Below, in pieces: positions 52,333 through 64,000 of a stretch of 64,000 bases of DNA (positions are counted from its first letter, which is position 1; every line of letters starts with the position of its first letter). Made by a program: the position numbers and the translations under genes. The notes beneath the pieces were generated by a model. That model was not told the origin of the DNA. It was given only the letters and a program-made list of their open reading frames with translations, and searched no databases. Origin of the DNA: Octopus vulgaris (lineage: Eukaryota); NCBI GenBank assembly GCA_951406725.2, contig OX597824.1, positions 70,866,001 through 70,930,000 on the forward strand, read 5' to 3'.

Positions 52333-55208
52333 GTGACTTAATCAAGGAAGTTTCAATATCATTCAAAAATATTGTTTTCAAGGACGCTCTCGCCATCTTA
52401 GGATATGCCTCTCCTTACCCAGTTAAAGTCACTGTTGAAAAACAGAAGGCAGTACCAAATAGACCAATCATTACGAAGGCTCCCATTTTGCATCCTGTTC
52501 TTCGTAGTCACTCAGCAAATGATCTCTATGAAATTGTTAAGGAACCACCACCAAAAGTACCCTACAACGAATTGAAAGTTCGAGGAAAAAGTCCATCTAT
52601 AGTCAAAATGCGTGGTTCTACAAATAGCAGTCTCTTCAATTCTGAGAGTGATATATCACTAAGCCCGGGTACATTAGAAGTAGTAGTCCATTCGGATAAA
52701 GAAAGGGATGGCAAATTTGATAAAGAGAAAAAAATTCTGCCAGAAAAAGACAATCTGGTAAATTCACAAAACCTACGCTTTCCTTCTCTGGCTTCACAAG
52801 CCGATAGAAACGTAGACGGCAGGTTAAGATCCAGAGAAGATATTTCAAATATCGATGACAAAATGGATTTGCAGTTTTCCAAGTATGATAAAGAATTTTT
52901 AGATTTGAAACACGAAGCAGAAGAAAAATCAACGGGACTAGAATTGGAAGTCCCAGATAACGAAAGAAAACGCTCTCTAAATTCAGAAAGTGAATTTGCA
53001 GAACTAGAAAGAAGTATACGTTATTCAGCTCATTTTTCTGAATTATATGATAAAATAAATGACAAGAGTAATATACCACGCTTCAATCCGGAGAAACTGT
53101 CTAGTAATAAAACACCTATCGAAGACACAATCTCTGTGGCAACAAATCAGACTGCTATGTCTCAAAATCCAAACATCAGAAAGGACATACCAAACAAAAA
53201 TATCACAAATGGAATTATACCTGATAATCTATCAGTGGGTAACGATTTTACTGATGTTAAGCCTTTTAGTTTAAATTCTGAGACTGTTTTTAAGGAAAAC
53301 CCATCTCTGGAAGCAGAGATCACACCAATTAAAAAGGATGTTTCTCTCAAGTCCCCTTTTAAAAATCCCTCAGAAATCCCTTCCTTTGACGGTAATTTTA
53401 CCGATTTGAATGAAATACAAGAACCTAAAACAGATATGGCACATTTTAAATCTTCTACAGAAAACTTATTTACAATGCCTGTAAAATTCGTTAGAAAAGA
53501 GGATGTCGTAGAAAATAGTTTTAGCAAATATATTGCAGACAGTGACAGCGATGCCTCTGATTCTGAGATGATGAAAATACCAAGCCATGACGAAACTGCG
53601 ATCATACAGTTAGATCCACCTGACATTCCCACCAGAATGGAACTAACAAAAGATCATGACGTGATAAATCTACCCAGTAGAGATCTTCAAAATAACGTTG
53701 ACCTCCATCTATCTTCGGATGAACTGGAAACTAATGAAGATGATTCTGTAGTAAAAAGGGCTAAAGGTTTATTATCGACAGACGACAATTTTAAGAATAA
53801 GATTTGGGACCGAAACCATGATTCAGAAAACAATGTAGACACTAGCTTTCCTATGCCATTGTTTGGTGACGATGAGTTTAGTATGCAGTCGCTTATAAAA
53901 AAACCCACCAAAGTCACAAGTTTGAAACTGAATGAGAGCACAGGCAGTTCATCTTCAACTGATATGAATTTTGATACTTTTGGAAATAAGAAAAATGAGC
54001 ATGTTAAAGATGAACATAAAAAATTTGGGGTAGAAATTAATGAAAGTGAAAACACAGGTTATAAGACACGAAACCCAATGCTTACTTCACCATTTATAAC
54101 AGGCTTTTTACGCCTAGATGACAATTCCTCCTTAATGAGCGAGACTGACGATTCATATTCTCCCAAATTAGCTGCTAAGAAATTTCATACTTCTGAAGCC
54201 TCACCATATCACTCAGACAATGATTCTATTAAAACAGATTCAGCATTAAAATTTTCAAACCATGACATGACGATTGAAACCGATACAAAATTTACTCTGA
54301 ACGAATCCAGCGACTCCAATATAAACAGTTTCATCAAAGAAGACATGACGTCCAATAGTAAACCTAATGTTTCAGAAACCACAACAGAAGCAGGCAATAC
54401 AGACTTTAATTCACCTAATAGTTCAGAGACCAAAGGAAAACAGCAGGATGGATTTCTCAGTAAAGCACTAAAAAAAATGCAAGGTATTTTGCATACTGAG
54501 TCTCCAGCTGACGTGTCCAGCACTCACAGGAATCATTCAGATATAAGCTTGGATAGTTCACAAGAGAACAATCCAGATTTATCTGATCGCAACATTTCTC
54601 CTCGTGACATACATATATCAACCGACAGTGATGAAGAACACAACAAGAAAGACGAGGCGTTTTTTGAAATGACGGAAGACGAACAATCAACTGACACACA
54701 AAGCTTGTCTCCAAAAAGTACGCTGACAAACCCGATTTCTTTAAAAATATCCACTGGCAACGACGAATTACTGCCAACTTCCCTAGAAGCACATAACGAT
54801 ACAACACTAAATCATTTAGATGGAGAAGACCATCGAGAGGATGCTTCCTCACCTCAAACTGTTGACACCAGCCGTATTGTTTCTTCGTGGTCGGAAATCA
54901 ATGAAGATAACTTGAAAGCTGCTTCCGATAAGCATTTGAAATTTAACGGAAAAGATTTATCCCCAGCCTCTGAGACTTTATCTCGTCCTTCATTTTCTGA
55001 TTCAAATTTCTCAGTGTCGTCAGACGAGACTAAAACAAACCCAGCCAAGTTAGAAATTCTAAATATTACTACTCCAGCGAAGTTTGAACCGCGACCAATT
55101 ACCATCTCATACAACACTTCTAATCATGACACTCATGATAACGATACCGTAACATCAACAGACTCTAGCTGGGATAGTCATGACACGTCATCGTTTGACC
55201 CCTTTTAA
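52333..55208 (+). CDS. PDZ-protein gene, giant last coding exon: C-terminal half of periaxin/AHNAK-like PDZ (GDLIKEVSISFKNIVFKDALAILGYASPYPVKVTVEK) plus ~920 aa low-complexity acidic/Ser-rich tail ending SFDPF*
   Basis: Acceptor ttttattttatttcAG at 52331-52332, phase 1; in frame with the 906-aa ORF 52488-55208; stop TAA 55206-55208. The F.N..F.DAL..L..A.PY.V motif resembles the periaxin PDZ as I recall it. Confidence 0.93.
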
Positions 55209-55477
55209 GAATAGCCACCTGTACGTCAAATGACATTGACATTGATAACCCATCCTCAAAATAACAACAACAACAACAACAACAAAAACAAAAACTGGAC
55301 TTTGTTACCTACCTCACACCAACTGAAACCTTCACAAATCCACAATCTCAGTTTGGATTAATCAAGGATTTATTTTTCTTCTTCTTTTACATCATCCTCT
55401 ATTAACAAAGACTATTACTGTAATTATTATGATTACTTAAGAAAGGCGGTGAAATAATGGCAGGAACACTGTTATGG

Positions 55478-56007
<530 letters not shown>

Positions 56008-56544
56008 TGTGTGTGTGTAGTGTAATATCAAAAAACATTAAAAAGATAAAACAACAAAACACCGAAAGGACAAAGTTTGATGAATACGTTATTAGTTTAA
56101 CACTTGAGAAGCTGGAATGAAAGCATCTTAACGTTTCGGATGTTTGTCCTTCTACTGAGAGGTAAAAATAGGCAGAGAGAAACACAACGGGATAAATAGT
56201 GGATGTGCGTGAGAGAGAGAGAGAGAGAGAAAGAGAACTAGTGAATGTATAAAAAGAAACAGTACACTACCATATACATTTATACATACATGCATACATA
56301 TACGTATATATATATGTATAGAGAGAAAGACTAAGAGAGAAAGAGAGAGAGTTGTGCTTCTCTTCTCTGCATATTCTGTGTTTATTTTGCCCTTTATCCT
56401 TTCGGGGTCGATTAAATAAAGTACTCGGACTGATGATATCGATTAAATTCCTTTCGTAAATTCAGGGTTTATGATTTTGCTAAAAGCAGTTCTTATGATT
56501 AGTTATGAGAGGCAATTTGTGTGTGTGTGTGTATATATATATAC

Positions 56545-56581
<37 letters not shown>

Positions 56582-56641
56582 TATAGATATAGATATAAAT
56601 GTATATATATGTATATGTATGTGTGTGTGTATAAATGTATG

Positions 56642-56699
<58 letters not shown>

Positions 56700-56801
56700 T
56701 ATTAGAAATGGAAACCAAAATAATAAATTGAACTCTTAAATAAGTTAATCATTAAATGATAAATTCAATTCAATTATATTATTTTATACAAACAAATGAG
56801 A

Positions 56802-56890
56802 CATTACAGCTGTTTCTACACCATTAAGAAAAACAGGTTTTTCAAGAGTAATAAAATATCATTTTAAATATAATGACGTTTCATCAGATA
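56802..56890 (-). ncRNA. Type I hammerhead motif with long stem II and palindromic stem III
   Basis: Reverse complement UAU-CUGAUGA-A-ACGUCAUUA...UAAUGGUGU-A-GAAACAGCUGUA-AUG; 9-bp stem II with two GU pairs; stem I only 3 bp. Confidence 0.5.
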
Positions 56891-56985
56891 GACATATCTT
56901 CTTGAATTTATATAGGTAAGAAAACCAGTAAATTCTTTGGATATCCAATGTCTCTTAGGTGGTTATTTAACACCTAACTAAATTT

Positions 56986-57038
<53 letters not shown>

Positions 57039-57252
57039 CGCGTATGCGTGTGTGTGTGCGTGCGCACACACCGCCCTTCGTTTGATTCTTTTCTTTTTAC
57101 GTTTCTGCATTCTAATTCTGCCAGAAATTGATATTTTTTTTTTACCTTCGTAATTTACCGAAGTGTGAGGATGGGAAGTGGGTGGGTAGTCGATCTCCAT
57201 CGACTACAAATTTGCCATAACACGTTGTGGCATTGTACCATATTATTATTAC

Positions 57253-57288
<36 letters not shown>

Positions 57289-58532
57289 CATTATTATTAT
57301 TATTATTATTTAATATGTACGGTGATGAGGTAGCAGACACAAAAAAGCACCAAAGTGAATGTCTAGCGATATATTCATTTCTGTCTGTTTCTCAACGTTT
57401 TACATTCAAATCCCACCGGGAAGTGGCGAATCAGTTTAGGCTGGCATCCCACAGGAGTTGTTGAAATCTATAAAATAGGAACCATTCATTGACTGAAAGC
57501 CGTTCATAAGCACATATCACCACCACCACATCCTCCTCCGACCTATTCGACTTGTGTGCTAATATGAGAAATCCTTAATATAGTTATATTTTAAAAAAAT
57601 AATAGAATTGTGGTACAGCATTGATATCAGAGCTGAGCCGAAGATCTGACTCTTTCGATATGCACAACGGACTTCGTTGTATATTTTTTAATGTTACACA
57701 TTGCATCGGAGTACTCGGTTGAATATTGAACACAATAATAACAACAATAACACCAACAAAAGTAAATACATGAAATTTTTTAAAATATTAAATGGAGAAA
57801 AATTGATATAATGGTGAAATTTATTTTAAAACAAGAATGAAATAAAAACAATAATTATAATGGTTGCAGATTGCTTAAGACTGTTTCTACTCAACAAAAA
57901 AACAAGGACCGAAATAAAAAGGAAATAAATAAAATAACTAGAAACCCCCCACACAAATGTTATATTTTAGATATCATTTTACATTTTAAAGATAAAATTG
58001 AAATGAATATTACAATAATAATAATAATAATAATAATAAGTGTAACTCGATATAGAGGATTGCTCCACTACAATCAAAGAAATGAATAAAGAAAAATATA
58101 AATTTTAATGTGTCCGTTTTCCAGTAAGATGAGAATGAAAGAAGCTCGTGTTTAATGACAGGATTTAAGCAGGCCAATCCTTTCAGAGGAAAAATAATGG
58201 TCAAATTTTATACATTCCACTATGTGTTTGGTATTTATAAATACAATTGCTTACAAATTTGTTTCATCTGTAATTTGAAAAAAATCGTAGCAAAGCGTGT
58301 ACATATGTGTAAAATAGTCAGCGACCAAGAAGAAAAGTAAAATGAAAAGAAACACGAAGAAAATGAGATAAAATTTAAAATAAAGGAAGAGACAGTAAAA
58401 CGAGGTGTGGAGACGAAAAAGTGGTTCAGTAAGGTGTGAAATTAAAATTGTTAAATTACATATTAGGATAAAGAATAAAGACTAAAATATAACGGTGTTG
58501 TATTCGAATTTATATATAACATAGACGATAAT

Positions 58533-58977
58533 TAATAAATCTCTGAACGAGGTGGAAACAGTAACCGCTCGACAACGTAAAGTATACTAGCCATCTCAAT
58601 ATGGCTAACCATTAAGGGTTGTCGAGCGGTTACTGTTTACATCTCGTTCAGAGATTTATTATTGCTTGCAGACAGTTTTTCGAAATCAGTGACGGAAGTT
58701 ACTGGGAAAAACATTAAATAAATATTTGCAAACAGGTCTCCCTTCATCGAAAACTGGTGATTGCCGTACGTTGACAAGAGGCAAATACCTCGAAACTGCA
58801 GTTCGTGCGTATCACTTAGGTTTACGAGAGAGGGATGACCTCTCTTTGCAAATACCATAAGGGCACAGAAAGTGTGCCTAAAGCCAGCTGGAGACGATGA
58901 TCTCCTGGGGCTAAAAGCTACAGTAACACCCACCCTTAGTGGTTAGCCATATTGAGATGGTTAGTATACTTCACGTT
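58533..58977. repeat. Interlocked inverted repeats A-B-A'-X-B'
   Basis: 58533-58576 inverted at 58618-58661; 58573-58618 inverted at 58933-58977. Confidence 0.85.
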
Positions 58978-59870
58978 GCCATAGACAATTATTATTTGAT
59001 TTATAAAGGAAGCAACAAATATTCCTATTTCAAGAGGAGTGGCCATGAAATTTTCCGAAATCGCGAGTGCACGAATAAATTTTGGAAGCTAAAGTTTAAA
59101 TTTGAGCAAAAAGAAAAAAAGATCAAAACGATGAGAAGTGTTTATCTATAATGTCAGAAAAATGCTATTAAATTTCGTTAGTCTTATTTGCATGAAAATA
59201 GAATTAAATTAGGATTAAAGACCAACTAACAGTATTCGTTAATTAATATTGATGTAGAATATAACGGTTGTAATTTCACGCTTTACTCAACCTCTTTAAT
59301 ATCCTGGAGGATATTAAAAATTAAAGCTTAGAGTTACAGTAAGTTAGTGAATAAGAATTAAATACAGGAATATACTTTTAAGCACTGGAAATAACGACAG
59401 AACGAAGGTATGTATAAAATTCTAAAGAGTAAATTGTAAGAAATTAGAAATATGCACAACTGCACAGACACGCACTGGAAAAACATATGAGTGCGTCTAT
59501 ATCCGATGAAACACGTATAAGTAAATTCAAATATAGCTGCATTAAACATATACAGGCTGTGACAAAAAAAAGCAACCAAAAAACGACCAGAAGGTGACAA
59601 TCGTTTCAGGAGCAAGCGCGCGGTGTACATCGGTCCAAAGTATGATACTTAAAAACACAGAAAAGAGCAAAATATTAGCTATCTGAAGACACAGTTACCA
59701 CCTTCCTAATTTCACTAGCTAATTATGTAAAGAAACAATAAGAGTGGGAGGTTTTCCTGCTGAACCCTGTACCTGTGTATTACGTATTTGTGTGTGTTAT
59801 GTAGTTAGATATGTATGCATGTATACTTACACACTCACACAAACACACGCACATAGATACACACATACAC

Positions 59871-59901
<31 letters not shown>

Positions 59902-59963
59902 TGTATGTATGTATGTATGTATGTATGTATGTATGTATGTATGTATGTATGTATGTATGTATG

Positions 59964-60212
59964 TGTGGAGGTACATGGCTTAGTGGTTAGGGTGTTGAAC
60001 TCATGATCGTAAGGTTGTGGTTTCAATTCCTGGACCGGGAAATGTGTTGTGTTCTTGAGCAAACCACTTCATTTTCACGTTGCTCCAGTCAACTCAGCTG
60101 GCAAAAATGAGTAATCATGCGACGGACCGGCGTCCCGTCCAGGTGGGGAATTTCTACGCCACTGAAACCGGGAAACCGGCCCTTATGAGCCTGGCATGGC
60201 TCGAGGCGGAAC
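59964..60212 (+). mobile_element. SINE family E
   Basis: Match to the 30874 copy. Confidence 0.85.
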
Positions 60213-60607
60213 ATTTATATATACATTATCAACTACAAATACTTAAGATATTTGATTAGCGTATTCTCAAAACGCCGGGTGTTAAAACAACTGAAAGTCA
60301 TGGACAGGCGAGATAACTCACCTTTAATCCCACCCAGCAGTGACGCGCGCGCGCGCCTCTGTGTGTGTGTGTGTGTGTAAGGTTTAACAATAAGAAAATT
60401 ATATATTCTTTCTGGCTGTCTGTTGGATGTGTGAGTGTTGACAAAAAATATTCTAAGGCTCCCAGTTGCGCAGACGCCTTTACTTTGGACAAAATGTGCT
60501 ATATTAACTCGTATTTTTATTCTTAATCTTCAAAATTCGAATGTAACTGGAGAAGAAACGTATCAACGCTTTGAATTAGTTTTAAAACGTATGTGTATTC
60601 TTGCTTT

Positions 60608-60935
60608 TTTCGATTCCCAGACCGGGCGTTGTGAGTGTTTATTGAGCGAAAACATCTAAAGCTCCACGAGGCTCCGGCAGGGGATGGTGGTGATCCCTGC
60701 TGTACTCTTTCACCACAACTTTCTCTCACTCTTACTTCCTGTTTCTGTTGTACCTGTATTTCAAAGGGCCGGCCTTGTCACTCTCTGTGTCACGCTGAAT
60801 ATCCCCGAGAACTACGTTAAGGGTACACGTGTCTGTGGAGTGCTCAGCCACTTACACGTTAATTTCACGAGCAGGCTGTTCCGTTGATCGGATCAACCGG
60901 AACCCTCATCGTCGTAACCGACGGAGTGCTTCCAC
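60608..60935 (+). mobile_element. SINE family D, 5' truncated
   Basis: Near-identical to the 61117 copy from the B-box onward. Confidence 0.85.
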
Positions 60936-61116
60936 CATAGTATTCTTGCTGTAGTAGAGCTTAAATGGATTTGATATGAGTTCAATGTATAACTTATTGG
61001 CTTGTACAGTTTATTGGTGTATACTATATTTTAAGGAAAACGATTGTAATTTAGAAAGCAAATATTAGGACTAATGGAATATTTAATAGTTCGGTTGGTT
61101 CAGTACAGAAAGATAG

Positions 61117-61500
61117 TGGAGACGCAATGGCCCAGTCGTTAGGGCAGCGGATTCGCGGTCATAGGATCGCGGTTTCGATTCCCAGACCGGGCGTTGTGAG
61201 TGTTTATTGAGCGAAAGCACCTAAAAAAGCTCCACGAGGCTCCGGCAGGGGATGGTGGTGATCCCTGCTGTACTCTTTCACCACAACTTTCTCTCTTACT
61301 TCCTGTTTCTGTTGTACCTGTATTTCAAAGGGCCGGCCTTGTCACTCTCTGTGTCACGCTGAATATCCTCGAGAACTACGTTAAGGGAGCACGTGTCTGT
61401 GGAGTGCTCAGCCATTTACACGTTAATTTCACGAGCAGGCTGTTCCGTTGATTCGGATCAACCGGAACCCTCATCGCCGTAACCGACGGAGTGCTTCCAC
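61117..61500 (+). mobile_element. SINE family D, full length, tRNA-derived head
   Basis: tggcccagtcgttagggcagcggattcgcgg...ggtttcgattccc (A/B boxes). Confidence 0.85.
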
Positions 61501-61819
61501 AGAAAGATAAAATGAGGCGTGTGATTAAGCATATTTAGGTTTAGTGAATAAGATATTTTGATGGTGTTTTTATTGAAGTAGTTGTGTTGTGAAGGCAAAT
61601 GTTTCTGCAATGACTCGACGAAAATTTTAGATATTGGGAGGTAGCAACCGTAAAATTAAAGGAAGGGTTGTATCAATTTAATTCTGTGACTAACACTTTA
61701 TGTGAAAGCTACGTTGTTCTTAATTTTCTCATTGAAACCATTTCGAGAGAGGGCTTCATTGAATTACAAGGACGAATCGGTGAAAATTTTGCTTATTGGC
61801 TCAAATATTTTTCTTTTAT

Positions 61820-62020
61820 TCTTTTACTTGTTTCAGTCATTCGACTGCGGCCATGCTGAAGCACCACCTTTAGTCAAGCAAATAGACTCTAGGACTTATT
61901 CTTTGTAAGCCTAGTACTTATTCTATCCGTGTGCTTTTGCCGAACCGTTAAGTTACGGGGGCGTAAACACACCAGTATCGGTTGTCAAGCAACGTTGGGG
62001 GTACAAACACAGACACAAAG

Positions 62021-62109
<89 letters not shown>

Positions 62110-62271
62110 ACGAGCTTCTTTCAGTTTCCTTCTACCAAGGCCGCTTACAAGGCTTTGGTTGGCCCGAGGCTATAGTAGAAGACACTTGCCCAAGGTGCCA
62201 CGCAACAGGACTGAACCCGGAACCATGTGGTTGGCAAGCAAGCTACTTACCACACAGCCACTCCTGCACCT
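61820..62271 (-). mobile_element. SINE family A
   Basis: Reverse complement match. Confidence 0.85.
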
Positions 62272-64000
62272 ATTAGAAAATTTTAAAATAATTTTCATCA
62301 GATTGATAAAAATATTTTTGAACGGTTAGTTTTTTAAAAACAGTTATATCAAGTTTGCGATAAGAATAACAATGGTTTGGTTAAGTTGAGAGTAACGTCT
62401 TGCAAATTATTATATGATAGAAAGTTCAAAATTTTCTAAAAAAACGTTGCAAGTTTTTCTAAGTTTTTTCGGCTTATAATATAGCAAAATTAATGGAATT
62501 AATAAATCATGGAATAATACCTTTGCTCTTAAGGAATGGTTCAGATCTCTACCACATAATCGTAGTACGAAATTTTTCTATTAGATATTAAGAATAAATT
62601 TCTTCTACCACAAACTCACTGTTTCTTAATGCCCTTTATTTCCTCAAATCCATTAGTAACTTCATCGATTTATAAATAGACAGTATTCCCCATGTGAATA
62701 AAGTTATGGTAGACTACAAAAATTCTTTTTTAGACAAAGCAGCTCAGTACATTCTTCGATACAACCTCGAACGATAATTCTTTCTAACTTAAAACTGACT
62801 TCACCCATATTGAAGGAGGTTTGCACCGAGATGATGGCCCAGTTGTCTATCTTTAGTTGTAACTTGTAGCTGATCGATACATCTCTTCTTCAAAACTTTT
62901 AAGCTATTAGTCACCAAACTAATCTTATAACTTAAAACTAATCTTATAGCTAACTTGCTAGTCGTTACTTTTAACCTAACCAAATCTTTGTACTACCCAT
63001 ATCGTAAACATAATGAAACTTTAATTTATATTCATAAATAATGAAAACACATTAAGAATATTAAGAATATGGCTAAGCATATTGCTCTTGAACCTTCTAA
63101 TTCTCCAACAAATAAACAAAATTTCGGTGGTTCAACCTTATATTACAACGAATAAATGTAAGAAGTGGTTTCAATGAATAAGCTATGTGCATTGAATAAC
63201 TCACGCGAACTGTAAACCATACAAATTTGAAAATATACAACTAGTTCAACCCGTCGTTTAATGTAGATAGCTTTTTCTCTTGCTAAAATTTTCTTCAAAT
63301 TACTTAAGAAACACTTCCCACCACAGCACAATTACAATAAATTTATCAATAAAAGCACTGCTACAGTGTCGTATTTTACAACACCTAGATTTGCTCAAAT
63401 ACAAACTAAACCAACATTTTCATCAATCTTAATTATTAACCCGTCAATTCCAATTGCCTTGCTAACGATGTAGTATCCCAATGTATGGTGCGAAACAATA
63501 ACTTATATAAAGTAGACATTAGATTCGCATCTAATTCATTAAATCTCTGCTTCAGTCACTATACACAAGTTTCGAATTCCACTCTAAAGAAATAAAAATT
63601 GATCATGCCTTTTAAAGCAAAATCATATTCTAAAACCAAATGACATTGCAACAACTGTATAACTGAAAGCTTTGAAATTAATTTTACTAAAGCTTGCTCT
63701 AGAAACAGACACTCACATAGAATTACTTGTTGCGAACATAAAATAGTCAAGCCTGTTAGAAGTTCAGGCCATTTACTCTCCACAATAGGTAATATAATAC
63801 TATAATCCCATTGATCTACTGTCTAAGTAGTTTAGCAATTCACAAATTGGGATTACTTCAACAAATAGTATGTTCTTTTGCTACCACTATCTATGGCCTT
63901 TTAACAATATCTGATTCATTAGATACACAAATAGAAAACATTATATTGTAATTTATCTGGAGTAGAGTGTAAATAATTAATTCCCAACACTTTTGCCAGC

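Noticed and set aside
52562-55117. Minus-strand ORFs overlapping the large exon
   Set aside because: Antisense shadows of the real + strand frame.
61117-61190. tRNA-like sequences
   Set aside because: SINE heads continuing into SINE bodies; no complete cloverleaf.
62300-64000. Possible decayed transposon coding sequence
   Set aside because: No motif I can identify with confidence.

Overview
AT-rich, microsatellite- and SINE-dense animal genomic DNA. The repeat families look like those of an octopus (coleoid cephalopod); this is recognition from memory, not a database result. One + strand multi-exon gene can be reconstructed by eye: phase-compatible exons at 28673-28762, 34204-34244, 44242-44361, 47956-47982, 50110-50254 and 52333-55208. 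It encodes ~1096 aa from ATG 28681, with a periaxin/AHNAK-like PDZ domain followed by a long Ser/Asp/Asn/Thr-rich tail. The rest is intron/intergenic sequence holding tRNA-derived SINEs, decayed retroelements (RTE, CR1-type, R4/Dong-type, Penelope-like), piggyBac-type MITEs, a Tc1/mariner relic and a non-autonomous Helitron, often nested. The most unusual signal is a set of short AT-rich, often palindromic elements embedded in (TA)n tracts that carry minimal type I hammerhead-ribozyme motifs, in one case on both strands of one fold-back. Nearly all ORFs in the supplied track are microsatellite or SINE artefacts. Repeat boundaries are approximate.
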